A stretch of DNA of 51,029 nt from Promethearchaeota archaeon (GCA_048938005.1 JBHLMQ010000019.1:1-51029); one strand, 5' to 3'; counted from the stretch's first letter, positions 39,047 through 49,459 are shown. The notes: generated by a model from the letters alone, not told the origin. Numbers and translations are program-made.

Positions 39047-39724
39047 ATTACCATTGTTTTAGTTAAATTTATTAAAGATATACAAGTAAGATTAGAAGCA
39101 ATTCCAAGTCCTGGTGCTATTATTTATAATGCTCTTATAAAAATTATTTTAAGTAAAGCAGAATTACGAATTGCTCAAGAAATTATTCAGAAAATAGATA
39201 AAGGAATTTTAGTAGATGTGGGTTCGGGTACCGGATTCTTATCAATAGAGATTGCTAAAAGAGCGCCAAAACTGAAAATATATGGGATTGATTTAAGTCG
39301 CAAAATGGTTGAGATTGCTTCAGGTAATGCTAGACGGTTTAACAATATAAAGTTTAAATTAGCGAATGCTATTGACCTTCCTTTTGAAAACAATTCGATT
39401 GATATTATTGTTAGTACAGGTTCATTTCATCACTGGAAGCAACCATTTAAGGTTTTCAATGAGTGCTATCGTGTTTTGAAGGATGGTAAAGAAGCCTGGA
39501 TTTATGATGGATGTTCTAAGCCCCCTAATTGGGAAATTATTAAATTAAAACAAAATTATGGCATGTTTCGATATCATATTCTTAACCAGATACAAAAATT
39601 ACACGGTTTTCCATGGGAAGTATATAATACAAGAATTAAAAGGCTTCTTGAACGCACAAAATTCAAAAAAAACTTTCAAATGATATTAACAGATGGTTGG
39701 ATGAAGATTGCTCTTAAAAAATAG
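39047..39724 (+). CDS. Class I SAM-dependent methyltransferase
   Basis: LVDVGSGTG, GIDLS, LPFENNSID and SFHHW. The called GTG (39218) is inside motif I; the frame is open from 39038 with no ATG/GTG/TTG, so an ATT start (39041/39047/39053) is inferred. Confidence 0.85.
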   Translation: MTIVLVKFIKDIQVRLEAIPSPGAIIYNALIKIILSKAELRIAQEIIQKIDKGILVDVGSGTGFLSIEIAKRAPKLKIYGIDLSRKMVEIASGNARRFNNIKFKLANAIDLPFENNSIDIIVSTGSFHHWKQPFKVFNECYRVLKDGKEAWIYDGCSKPPNWEIIKLKQNYGMFRYHILNQIQKLHGFPWEVYNTRIKRLLERTKFKKNFQMILTDGWMKIALKK

Positions 39725-39779
39725 CTGAATTTATATCAAGAAATATTTGTAAGATAATTTTTTCCTTGAAGATTATTTG

Positions 39780-39807
39780 AAATGCTGAGATTTAAATGCT
39801 GAGATTT
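39780..39807 (+). repeat. Perfect 14-bp tandem duplication (AAATGCTGAGATTT x2)
   Basis: Read directly; lies 44 bp upstream of the next ATG. Confidence 0.85.
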
Positions 39808-39851
39808 TCTTATGAATTCTTAGAGGAAAAGGATATGGGGTATAGATTAGA

Positions 39852-40655
39852 ATGATCGTTATATTATCACATTTTCATACTAAAATAGGTCCAACAGTAT
39901 TTTATACGTTTCCAAAGACACAATTGGAGGAAGAAATAATAGAGAGAATTATTGAGGTCATGAATCAACCAAAGAAAGAAGAATTTTTGACGCAGACTGT
40001 CGAAGATTTAAGGTTATTAAACTATTACTTTCAAATTCACTCAGATTGGGCTCGGGGTAAGAAAGAAATGTTGATGGTCTCAATAAAGATTAATCAGCAA
40101 ATTTCACCTGAAATTGAAGGGGTTATTTCGATTTTATGTAAAAAATTTTCAGACAAGATGCAATCGAATGAGGATATTTTTACTGGGTTCCATATAAAGG
40201 AATTAAACAGATACGATGAAAACGATAAGGAGCGTATAAGAGAAAATGAATCTTTAATCAAAGAATGGGTACAAGATTTATATTGGGAAATTTTCGACGA
40301 TACGAGAAAAAAATCAGAGGAAGAGAAAATAACAACACTATTAGATGATCGGTATATTTTTGAATCCTTGGAGAAGATGTCAACAGAGTTAAAGAAACTC
40401 AGTAAAGAGATAAAATTAAGCGAGGATTTCCTGAGAGCTAACCTTAATATTCGAGAATCAATTTCAAATTTAGAGAACATGATCGATGACCTTTATGAAG
40501 GATATATAGAAAAAATGACAGAATTTGATATTGAGGATGAAACCGGTTTATTTTCCACAGAAGAAGAATTAGAGGTGGATATTCAAAAAAGAAAAAAAGA
40601 GTTACTTCGGATTTTAGAAGGAGAAGTTCTCAGAAAAAATGATTCAAATGAGTAG
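39852..40655 (+). CDS. uDENN/longin-like domain protein with acidic coiled-coil C-terminus
   Basis: LSHFHTKIGP...YFQIHSDWARGKKEMLMVS, paralogous to the N-terminus of 14011-14964. Confidence 0.7.
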   Translation: MIVILSHFHTKIGPTVFYTFPKTQLEEEIIERIIEVMNQPKKEEFLTQTVEDLRLLNYYFQIHSDWARGKKEMLMVSIKINQQISPEIEGVISILCKKFSDKMQSNEDIFTGFHIKELNRYDENDKERIRENESLIKEWVQDLYWEIFDDTRKKSEEEKITTLLDDRYIFESLEKMSTELKKLSKEIKLSEDFLRANLNIRESISNLENMIDDLYEGYIEKMTEFDIEDETGLFSTEEELEVDIQKRKKELLRILEGEVLRKNDSNE

Positions 40656-40681
40656 AGAATCATCATAATTACTTATCAACA

Positions 40682-40765
40682 TTAGACATAAGCTATGAAG
40701 TCTAATTTTCTTCTTTCCATATATGGTTGATGATATTCTTCTGCTTTTTGATAAAAAAGTGGAGC
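40682..40765 (-). pseudogene. Relic 3' end of an msrA homolog
   Basis: Translates as SKAPLFYQKAEEYHQPYMERRK..., compared with [21 protein letters not shown] in the intact msrA about 800 bp away. Confidence 0.7.
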
Positions 40766-40785
40766 TTTAGAAATAAAAAAAATAA

Positions 40786-41334
40786 TTAAAAGTATGATGT
40801 AATAAAGCCGAAGACGATGAATATAAGCAAGCCTGCTAGAAGGTTTATTGCTCCGTAGATATAATAAGCTCTTATATATTTTTTGCTTAAAAACATTAGA
40901 TCTGCCATATACCAACTCGCTAATCCCCCAATGCCCCATATAGTAATATCAGTTATTATATTAGGAGGGCTATCAAACTTAGCTTTAATATTTATAAAAT
41001 AAAGGAGTGTATTTTCGATAATCTCCCATACACCTGCAGCAACTAGGATAATTACCCAATAAATAACCAATTTTCTAAATCCCGGAGGATTAATTGGATC
41101 TTGCGGATTGCCAGATCTATTTTTGACTATAAAGCCAATTGTAAAAGCCAAAACAAAGAGAGCGATTCCTGTAAGAAGATGTCCCATTGACCAATAATCA
41201 AATGAGGCAATTGATAAATTTGTCTCATCTAATGCTAATACAGGGATGTTAAATAATGCGGCAACAATAGCAGTTATAATCAAAATAATGATAAATCCTA
41301 GCATTATTAAGAGAGGTATATATCTTTGTTTCAT
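40786..41334 (-). CDS. Multi-pass membrane hypothetical protein
   Basis: About 5 TM helices; DYWSMGH, WEIIEN and DS..N..TD polar intramembrane motifs; AGGTG upstream of ATG 41334. Confidence 0.75.
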   Translation of the reverse strand: MKQRYIPLLIMLGFIIILIITAIVAALFNIPVLALDETNLSIASFDYWSMGHLLTGIALFVLAFTIGFIVKNRSGNPQDPINPPGFRKLVIYWVIILVAAGVWEIIENTLLYFINIKAKFDSPPNIITDITIWGIGGLASWYMADLMFLSKKYIRAYYIYGAINLLAGLLIFIVFGFITSYF

Positions 41335-41519
41335 AACTATAAGCACCTATGATTCCATTTTAATTAGAATTTCATTTTTAGTAACATCGAATAAGTCTCC
41401 TTTTAATATATAACTTAACATTTTCAATATATTTAAGAAAACTCACTTATTTGTAAGTCAAAGCGTTTTTCTTTATTTCCTTATATTGTTCAATTCTTAA
41501 CAATGATTAGTCAAATCAT

Positions 41520-42005
41520 CTATTGTTGAAGCTGGGTATTATACCGTTTTTCTCTTTTTTCTACGTATTGTTGGTGATACTCCTCAGCTTCCCAAAATTC
41601 TGAGGCTGGAACTATTTCTGTTACAATAAGGTTTTTAAAGCGTTTAGATGCCTCAATTTTAGCTTTAGAATTCATTGCTTTCTCTTTTTGTTCTGAATTA
41701 AGATAAAAAATCGTAGATCGATATTGTGTCCCAACATCAGGACCTTGACGATTTAACGTAGTTGGGTTATGAATCGACCAGAATATATCTAATAACTTAT
41801 CATACGATACCTTAGATGCATCAAACGTAACTTCTACAGCCTCTGCATGACCGGTTTTATGAGAACACACGTCCTTATAGGTGGGATTAGAAAATTTACC
41901 GCCAATATATCCCACACGAGTAGATATAACGCCTTCTACTTTACGAAAATTTTCTTCTACACCCCAGAAGCAGCCAGCAGCAAAAATTGCTTTTTGAATG
42001 TCCAT
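41520..42005 (-). CDS. msrA: Peptide-methionine (S)-S-oxide reductase
   Basis: [22 protein letters not shown] and AEEYHQ. Confidence 0.97.
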   Translation of the reverse strand: MDIQKAIFAAGCFWGVEENFRKVEGVISTRVGYIGGKFSNPTYKDVCSHKTGHAEAVEVTFDASKVSYDKLLDIFWSIHNPTTLNRQGPDVGTQYRSTIFYLNSEQKEKAMNSKAKIEASKRFKNLIVTEIVPASEFWEAEEYHQQYVEKREKRYNTQLQQ

Positions 42006-42157
42006 AGATTTTAATAGAAAAGTAAGAAAATTAAACCTAGGGCTAATTTTCTATAAATTTGATATGAATATCAGATTTTTTTTATAAGCAACTAAAAGTA
42101 ATGCTTTTAATGTCTATAAGGCATGCATTATAATACTCACAATTATTTGTGAAATGT

Positions 42158-42547
42158 ATGGAATCTAAAATAACTGAAGATAAATGGAAAGAAAAATTAA
42201 CCAAAGAACAATATAAAGTTCTCCGTGAAAAGGGAACTGAAACACCATTTACAGGGAAATATGTGAAGCATCATCAAAAGGGTGTTTATAAATGTGCTGG
42301 ATGCGGAGCTCCTTTATTTTCTTCGGACGATAAGTTTAATTCCGGAACAGGTTGGCCCAGTTTTTATAAGCCAATGAATAAGGATAATATTGAAGAAAAA
42401 ATAGATAAAAGTCATGGAATGGTCCGTACTGAAGTCCTTTGTAAGAATTGTGGCGGGCATTTAGGTCATGTATTTGATGATGTTCCTAAAAATAAGGGGT
42501 GTCGATATTGTATCAATTCGATTTCCTTAGATTTCGATAAGAAATAG
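42158..42547 (+). CDS. msrB: Peptide-methionine (R)-S-oxide reductase
   Basis: [29 protein letters not shown] and RYCINS. Confidence 0.97.
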   Translation: MESKITEDKWKEKLTKEQYKVLREKGTETPFTGKYVKHHQKGVYKCAGCGAPLFSSDDKFNSGTGWPSFYKPMNKDNIEEKIDKSHGMVRTEVLCKNCGGHLGHVFDDVPKNKGCRYCINSISLDFDKK

Positions 42548-42712
42548 GAAATTTTATACTATAAGTATTATGACGGTAAAAAAAAGTAACTCAAGATTAT
42601 ATAAGAAAAATTCAACAAGGAATAGGATATACTAAAACTGCGAGTGCCTATGTATTTAGAAAAATAAAAAAATAGGGAAATTATACGATCTTACAATTAA
42701 ATAATAAAATAG

Positions 42713-43285
42713 ATGAAAATGAGCATAGAAAATATAAAAGAAGTATTAGGGGAAAAATTTAGTCGTGATGCTGATTTTTTAAACTCAGTTATAAATGAAT
42801 TAGAATTGGCTAAGAATTCGAAAATATTAGATGTCGGTACTGGTTGGGGCTTTATGGCAATCACACTTGCTCTTAATGGTTATGAAGTTATCACTGGTGA
42901 ACCTGAGGGTGCGAAATGGGCTGATTGGAGATCAAGAGCAAAATTAGTAGATGTTGATGAAAAGATTACGTTCAAACCATTTTATGCTGAAAATTTGCCC
43001 TTTGAAGATGCTTCTTTTGATGCTGTATTTCTTTATACTTCGCTACATCATATCGAAAATAAACCTCGCGCGATAAATGAGATGATTCGTGTTATGAAGC
43101 ACGATGCTTATTTGATTATAATTGAATTGACAGAAAAAGGTGTCGAACTAATAAGACAGCGACATATAAATCATCCTAATGCTGTTGATCCAAAAGATTT
43201 TACAAAGGAATTTGATCTTGAGATAAGTATTAAAGAAAGTAATTATCTAAGTGCTTATATCTATAAGAATAAGCAACAAAATTAA
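42713..43285 (+). CDS. Class I SAM-dependent methyltransferase
   Basis: ILDVGTGWG, AENLPFEDASFDAV and SLHH. Confidence 0.9.
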   Translation: MKMSIENIKEVLGEKFSRDADFLNSVINELELAKNSKILDVGTGWGFMAITLALNGYEVITGEPEGAKWADWRSRAKLVDVDEKITFKPFYAENLPFEDASFDAVFLYTSLHHIENKPRAINEMIRVMKHDAYLIIIELTEKGVELIRQRHINHPNAVDPKDFTKEFDLEISIKESNYLSAYIYKNKQQN

Positions 43286-43567
43286 TTAGCTAATATTCCA
43301 TTCTGAAAATCCAAGGATACTTCCACAAAATGGGCAATACCACATTTTTTTTCTCCGAGTATATTCACCTTTAAATCCTCGAAATTTTTTGCGTCCTTTT
43401 TTATCTACTTCTTTAGCATAAAAATCATATATATGAAGTTCTTTTTTACAATAGGGGCATTTTGGCTTTAAATGAGAAGATGATTTGAAATCATATCCAC
43501 AATTAGGACAAATTTGTTTAAAAATATCAATTTCTTTCCCACATTTCCAACATCCTTTAACAAACAT
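43286..43567 (-). CDS. Double zinc-ribbon protein
   Basis: CWKC, CPNC, CPYC and CPFC. Confidence 0.8.
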   Translation of the reverse strand: MFVKGCWKCGKEIDIFKQICPNCGYDFKSSSHLKPKCPYCKKELHIYDFYAKEVDKKGRKKFRGFKGEYTRRKKMWYCPFCGSILGFSEWNIS

Positions 43568-43760
43568 AAGTTATCCAATTTTGGTTATGAAAAATTGAGT
43601 TTCTAATTGTTATGATTAAGATTTAAGCTAATTAAATTTAAATAGATTTCAATTGAATCACATTTTTAACAAATTAATTAATTACTTTCAAAAATTAAAA
43701 TTAAATAAGGTTTTATGCATTAGTGAAATAGATAAATATCTAGTTATCCTAGTAAATCTC

Positions 43761-43976
43761 ATGCCACAATTAAGTGCTAGAAATGTCTTAAAAGGTAAAG
43801 TAAAAAAAGTAACTCATGGCGCTGTTAACTCTGAAATTATTGTTGAATTACCAGGAGGTATTGAAATAGCTTCTATAATTACGAAATTGTCTGCTGAACG
43901 GTTAAAATTAAAGGAAGGAAAAGATGTCGTAGCTATAATAAAATCAACTAATGTAATGCTTGGAACTGGTTTTTAA
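43761..43976 (+). CDS. TOBE/Mop molybdate-binding (molbindin) protein
   Basis: LSARNVLKGKV...SIIT..SAERL.L..G..V.AIIK; ATG 43761 is preferred over TTG 43653. Confidence 0.92.
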   Translation: MPQLSARNVLKGKVKKVTHGAVNSEIIVELPGGIEIASIITKLSAERLKLKEGKDVVAIIKSTNVMLGTGF

Positions 43977-44017
43977 TCATAAATAATTTTTAAACTTAAG
44001 AAAAAATTTTACATTTC

Positions 44018-45415
44018 TTAATTTTGATTATTCTTTTTTTTTTTATTTCTAATACTTTTATTTCGAACAGTAATGTCATAAAGCCATTTATAAATACTTA
44101 AATTCTTAATATTTATAACAGGTTTAGTGGATACTCTAACTTCTCTAATTTTTCTTAATAATGCGAGAACAACTGTGATCCTTAGAATTCCAGATAAAAG
44201 GAATATAAAGTGATAAGAATTTATAAAAGGGAAATCAACAATACTAACAAGAATGCTCCCAAGAAGCCCACCTCCAATTATAGCTAATCCAATCAATGAA
44301 TTATAGATAGCAATATATTTACCTCGTCTTTTAGATGGAATATTATCGTAAATAAAGTTTGATGTTGCTAAATTGAATGCTGTCCATCCAATTCCACTAA
44401 AGATTTGAATACCTAGGAAGATTTGGAGAGGAGTGACGTAAATTATCCAGAATAGGGGTAAAAAAGGAATAATAATTGCTCCAATTCGTAATAGCATAAC
44501 ATTTCCAAACCTATCAGAAAATCTCCCTAATAAGGGAAAAAAAATAAGTCCAACCAAAGTAGATGATAAATTAATAATCATAAAAAGAGAGTATTCGAAT
44601 TTTAATTGAGTTAGCATATAAACTGAGAAGAAGGGCTTTGCAATCCATTGTGCCAACGTTAGGAATGAAATGAATAAGGTAAATTTTCCAAAATTGCTTT
44701 TCGGAAGTTCTTTAATGAATTGGCTGATTTTTACATGATCAGTTGTTTCAAAAAAGAAAGGAGGATAGTAATGCTTAGTATAAAGAAATGCTGAGATTAA
44801 ACGTGTGACAAAACCAAAAATAAATAATAAAATAAATCCATAATATAGTATATCCTGAAATTTAAACCAATCTAGCAAGAAGGACAATAATATAATTCCA
44901 ATTAACCCTATTGATTGCGTGATTAGATTTCTTTTAGCAAAATATCTACCCCTATTATTCTCGGGAACAATATCTCCCATTAGTGAAAACCAAGGAGGTG
45001 TCATTATTCCTGTGAATAACATATAAATCAAAAATATTATAATCAATATCCAAGGGAGATATGACTTAAAAAAATTTAATTGATATAAAAAAGCAATAAT
45101 TATGAATAGAGGCCATATACAAGCTTGTCCTAAAATTCCACTTAATAGAATATATTTTCTTGATTTTTTTTCAATTCGATGAGAACCGATAATCTGCCCA
45201 ATTGGCGACATTAAATTTCCTAAAGAAGATATTAATCCCACTTGAAACACGGAAGAATTGATACTAAGAGAAAACGGAACAATATAGTTATCCGCCAAAA
45301 CACTACTAAATACTCCAAAAGATCCTTCAGCAATCGAGACTTTCATAGTTTTCTTTTTAAGTTTCCCTTCAATGTAGACATCAATATCATCAAATGGAGC
45401 AGAAATTTTTACCAC
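44018..45415 (-). CDS. MFS transporter
   Basis: About 12 TM helices; WFSLMGDIVPENNRGRYF and GRFSDRFG motifs. Confidence 0.92.
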   Translation of the reverse strand: MVKISAPFDDIDVYIEGKLKKKTMKVSIAEGSFGVFSSVLADNYIVPFSLSINSSVFQVGLISSLGNLMSPIGQIIGSHRIEKKSRKYILLSGILGQACIWPLFIIIAFLYQLNFFKSYLPWILIIIFLIYMLFTGIMTPPWFSLMGDIVPENNRGRYFAKRNLITQSIGLIGIILLSFLLDWFKFQDILYYGFILLFIFGFVTRLISAFLYTKHYYPPFFFETTDHVKISQFIKELPKSNFGKFTLFISFLTLAQWIAKPFFSVYMLTQLKFEYSLFMIINLSSTLVGLIFFPLLGRFSDRFGNVMLLRIGAIIIPFLPLFWIIYVTPLQIFLGIQIFSGIGWTAFNLATSNFIYDNIPSKRRGKYIAIYNSLIGLAIIGGGLLGSILVSIVDFPFINSYHFIFLLSGILRITVVLALLRKIREVRVSTKPVINIKNLSIYKWLYDITVRNKSIRNKKKKNNQN

Positions 45416-45720
45416 GTACGTTAATTATTAGTACTTTTTTTGAAAAAGAGATAGTTGATTATTAATCACTAAAAATGAACCAACCACATAAAAAATCATT
45501 GTTTCCCTGTTAATTTCACTTAAATGGGTAGAAAAACTTTAAATATTCAAAAACATTCAATACAAACTTAAGAATCATATAAAAAACTTACTTTTTTATT
45601 CGGTTTAGTTTTTAAAGATATTTCTAGGAAATTAAAATTCTAAATTCTGCTCTAATAACAATATTATAGAAATAGGGTAATTAGGTATAAAAAATATTAT
45701 TAATAAGCGAGGTTATAAAA

Positions 45721-46665
45721 ATGATAAATGATATTGAGAAAGGAAAAACAAAAATTTTAAACACTCTGAATGAACTACAAAGAAATTCTATACAAGAAAA
45801 GGGCGGAGATTTATCAGATAAAGTATTTATTGAAGATCCAAATTTTAGTTTAATAAATAGGGAAAATATAACACATCATTTTTATGATTTTCCAAAATAT
45901 TATGATAAAGCATTTAATAGAGATGTAAAGAGTGATATTCTTTTTTTCATCAAGTGTTTTCAGAAATATTCTGATATTGAAGTAAAACGAGTCTTAGAGC
46001 CAGCATGTGGTTCAGGTATGTTCTTAGAGGTATTACCCCAATTTGGTTTTTATGCATTGGGATATGATTTAAATCTAGCAATGGTGGAATATTCTAAAGA
46101 AAGATTGAAAAAGGCTGGTTTAACAAGTAACAATGCTGAAGCTATTGAAGGTAACATGAAAAGCATGAAATTTGAGGAAAAATTCGACGCTGCATTTATT
46201 TGCATAAATAGTTTGGGATATTTAAGAGATGCAGAGGATATTTCTATGCATTTCAGATTAATGGGGGAATCAATTAGAGAGGGAGGACTCTATATTGTTG
46301 AAATAAGTTGCCAATGTAATGACTTAAAGAATGAGAAAAAACAAGATGATACCTGGTATGTGAAAGACGATGGTCTTGATCTTGAGTTAACTTGGGCAGT
46401 CAATTGGTATGATATTGAACATCGAATACGTCACGTAGATTTTCAAATGATAATTAATGAAAATTGGAATAAAACTGTAATAACTGAGTCTCATGAGCTC
46501 CGTTTGTGGATATTTGATGAATTTAGACAATTTGCAGAATTAGGTGGGTTTAAAATTGTTGGAATTTATAATCAAAATTATGAAAGTATTGCTGAAAATA
46601 TCCCTATTAATGGAGAATTGGGCGCATTATTTTTCATTTTGAAAAATTATGTTAATAATTTATAG
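45721..46665 (+). CDS. Class I SAM-dependent methyltransferase
   Basis: VLEPACGSG, GYDLN..MV and FDAAFICINSLGYL. Confidence 0.9.
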   Translation: MINDIEKGKTKILNTLNELQRNSIQEKGGDLSDKVFIEDPNFSLINRENITHHFYDFPKYYDKAFNRDVKSDILFFIKCFQKYSDIEVKRVLEPACGSGMFLEVLPQFGFYALGYDLNLAMVEYSKERLKKAGLTSNNAEAIEGNMKSMKFEEKFDAAFICINSLGYLRDAEDISMHFRLMGESIREGGLYIVEISCQCNDLKNEKKQDDTWYVKDDGLDLELTWAVNWYDIEHRIRHVDFQMIINENWNKTVITESHELRLWIFDEFRQFAELGGFKIVGIYNQNYESIAENIPINGELGALFFILKNYVNNL

Positions 46666-46711
46666 TTAGAGTTATTTTTTTCCTTTACTCTAAAAAAGCA
46701 TAATTAGATTT

Positions 46712-47080
46712 TTATTTTTCATACTTGGTAAGATTATCGAGATACCACTTATATAACAATGGAATATCTTCTATTTTACTAAACTTAATTGTTTTGTCAA
46801 GTAGAACAATAAAAATTTTATTATTGCTCCTAATATTGCTTAATGTCTTATCATCCTTAATTTCTATTAATTTATTATCATTTAAATCAATAAAGAACAT
46901 TAAATAGTTTTCAATGAATACTTTTTCCAAATCCATTTCATATTCAATTTCTTCTTTAATTTCCTTAATAAATTGCTTTAAACTCCTGTTAATGGATATC
47001 CAACCTTGAATAAAATTGCTTTGTGTCTTATTCAAAACAAAATATTTCCCAATTATTTCATTTGTGATGGAATTTTTCAC
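46712..47080 (-). CDS. Hypothetical protein
   Basis: 122-aa ORF; the called GTG lies within GAGGTGA, so ATC at 47068 may be the start. Confidence 0.55.
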   Translation of the reverse strand: MKNSITNEIIGKYFVLNKTQSNFIQGWISINRSLKQFIKEIKEEIEYEMDLEKVFIENYLMFFIDLNDNKLIEIKDDKTLSNIRSNNKIFIVLLDKTIKFSKIEDIPLLYKWYLDNLTKYEK

Positions 47081-47469
47081 CTCATATCATTTTTTGTCAA
47101 TTATATTCACCTAATTTTTTTAGATCATGTCATAAAAATGAAACATAAGAGATATATTTAAGCTATTTTATTTAGATATGAATATAAGGTTTCTCTGGGG
47201 AGCTATTAATTCTCTATGTTCTTGTTATATTCATTTTTACACTCTAATTAAGGTAGATGGCTGTATGTTTTTAATAAAATCTAGGAAATTTTTCTTTAAT
47301 TGATTCTCTGGCACACAGAAAAGAAATTATGTAATTTATATGCCGCTCTTATAATAAATAGTAATCTAATGACTTTTGGATTACAATTTTACTTTAATTG
47401 AAAAATAAATTTAAATCTTTTAATATTAAAAATTTTTAACAAATTAATTCATTATATTAAAATTTAAAA

Positions 47470-48456
47470 TTAAATTAGTTTTTTGACATTCTTTTGAATT
47501 AATTTTGCATTTGGAACAATTTCTTTTTCTAATTTTGGAGAATAAGGAATTGGAACATCTGGTGTGTTAATTCTTATAATAGGTTTCTTTAAATATTGAA
47601 AACCCTCTTCCACTACAAACGCTGCGATTTCTGCACTCATTGAACAAGTTTTACAACCCTCATCGACAATTATTAACTTTCCTGTTTTTTCAACAGAATT
47701 TAAGATTGTATTTTTATCCATTGGAACTAAAGTTCTTGGATCAATAACTTCGCAATGAATATTTTCTTCTTTTAGTTTAGTAGCTGCGATCAAACTTTCT
47801 TGTAACATCGCACCTGTAGCAACTATAGTTATATCATCTCCTTCTGTAATTTTTCTTGCTTGCCCAAATGGGATCGTGAAATTTTTATCTAAAGGAACAT
47901 CTCCAGTAAGGAAATATGTTCTTTTATTTTCAAAAAATATAACTGGATCATTATCTCGTATAGCGGTTTTCATTAATCCTTTAAAATCTCGTGCATCATA
48001 GGGTAACACTACTTTCAAACCTGGTACATGCATAAACCAAGATTCAAAAGATTGTGAGTGTTGGGCTGCTCCCATCATGCCAGTTCCAAATGGAACTCTA
48101 ATAGTAACAGGAACATTAATTTGTCCGCCATACATATACCTTGCTTTTGCAGCTTGATTTACAATCATATCCATGCATACAGTCAGAAAATCAGCAAACA
48201 TAATTTCTGCAATAGGTCGCATTCCCACCATAGCGGCTCCAATAGCACAACCCAAAATTGCATTTTCGCTAATTGGTGTATCACGAACTCTCTCAGCACC
48301 AAATTTTTCTAATAAACCTTCTGTTACATAAAAGCAACCCCCAAACTTTCCAATATCTTCTCCCATTATAAATACAGATTCGTCACGTTCCATCTCTTCT
48401 TCGATAGCTAGCCGTATCGCATCCAATCCTCTCATATTTTTAGTTTCTTCAACCAT
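47470..48456 (-). CDS. acoB: TPP-dependent acetoin/2-oxoacid dehydrogenase E1 beta subunit
   Basis: GEDIG, RVRDTPISE, AEIMFADF, AQHSQS and EVIDPRTLVP. Confidence 0.85.
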   Translation of the reverse strand: MVEETKNMRGLDAIRLAIEEEMERDESVFIMGEDIGKFGGCFYVTEGLLEKFGAERVRDTPISENAILGCAIGAAMVGMRPIAEIMFADFLTVCMDMIVNQAAKARYMYGGQINVPVTIRVPFGTGMMGAAQHSQSFESWFMHVPGLKVVLPYDARDFKGLMKTAIRDNDPVIFFENKRTYFLTGDVPLDKNFTIPFGQARKITEGDDITIVATGAMLQESLIAATKLKEENIHCEVIDPRTLVPMDKNTILNSVEKTGKLIIVDEGCKTCSMSAEIAAFVVEEGFQYLKKPIIRINTPDVPIPYSPKLEKEIVPNAKLIQKNVKKLI

Positions 48457-48457
48457 T

Positions 48458-49459
48458 TTAATTCCCTCCTAACCTCATTGGATTTTTGTATATATCATCT
48501 AAGACAGTATTAGTATCTGGTTGTTTACTTTTTTTTGCAAATTTAAAACTTAGCTCTATTTGTGCTAGCGTCTCTTCTTCAATCTTTTGAATGAGAGCTC
48601 GATCGATAACTTCATTCTTGATAAGTTTTATTTTATAAGCTTCAATTGGGCATCTTTTTTTCCATTCTTCTTTTTCTTCAGTTGAGCGATATTTATCAGA
48701 ATCTATTGTCATTTGACCGTGCCACCTATAAGTTTTGCATTCAATTAATGTAGGACCGCCTCCTCCTCTTGCGAGATCAACTGCTTCTTTTACAGCTCTA
48801 TATACTTCGATTACATCATTACCATCAATAGTGACACCTTTCATACCATAGCCTTGAGCACGAAGTGAAAGATCTTTAATTACTGTAGCTTTATAAACAG
48901 GTGTGCTCCATCCGTACATGTTATTCTCTAAAACAAAAATTACAGGAAGTTTCCATATAGCTGCAAGATTCATTGATTCATGCAACATACCTTGGTTTGA
49001 TGCCCCATCACCAAAGAACGTAAGAACTACTTTGCCTTCATTTCTCATCTTTGAAGCTAAAGCGACACCAAGGGCTAACGGGGGTCCTGCTCCTACAATG
49101 CCATTTGCCCCAAGCATATTTTTAGAAAAATTAGCAACATGCATCGAACCACCGCGACCCTTGCATATTCCCCCTTCTTTGCCGTAAATTTCTGCCATTA
49201 GTGAATTAATATCTCCACCTTTAGCAATAAAATGACCATGCCCTCTGTGTGTAGAAGTAATATAATCATCCTCATTAATTGCTGCACAAGCTCCAACAGC
49301 AATCGCTTCTTCACCAGCATAAGTGTGAACTAGAAATGATTTGATTTTACCAGTATCTTGTGCGATTCTTTCTTCAAATTCTCGAATTAATAACATCTTT
49401 TTATAGAGATTAATTAATTCTTCAGAACTCCAACCTTTAAGCAAGTCTAAATTACTCAT
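48458..49459 (-). CDS. acoA: TPP-dependent acetoin/2-oxoacid dehydrogenase E1 alpha subunit
   Basis: VHTYAGEEA, STHRGHGH, GGSMH, GANGIVG and the TPP motif GDGASNQG...NN. Confidence 0.85.
   Translation of the reverse strand: MSNLDLLKGWSSEELINLYKKMLLIREFEERIAQDTGKIKSFLVHTYAGEEAIAVGACAAINEDDYITSTHRGHGHFIAKGGDINSLMAEIYGKEGGICKGRGGSMHVANFSKNMLGANGIVGAGPPLALGVALASKMRNEGKVVLTFFGDGASNQGMLHESMNLAAIWKLPVIFVLENNMYGWSTPVYKATVIKDLSLRAQGYGMKGVTIDGNDVIEVYRAVKEAVDLARGGGGPTLIECKTYRWHGQMTIDSDKYRSTEEKEEWKKRCPIEAYKIKLIKNEVIDRALIQKIEEETLAQIELSFKFAKKSKQPDTNTVLDDIYKNPMRLGGN

Noticed and set aside
40682-40939. 85-aa ORF as a real gene
   Set aside because: Its 5' part is an alternative frame of the membrane gene; only the 3' end is meaningful, as an msrA relic.
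42595-42675. Possible relic of a methyltransferase 3' end (SAYVFRK vs SAYIYKN of the downstream gene)
   Set aside because: The similarity is only a few residues, too short to distinguish from chance.
43653-43760. 36-aa N-terminal extension of the TOBE protein
   Set aside because: Molbindins begin just before SARN; ATG 43761 gives the expected size of about 70 aa.
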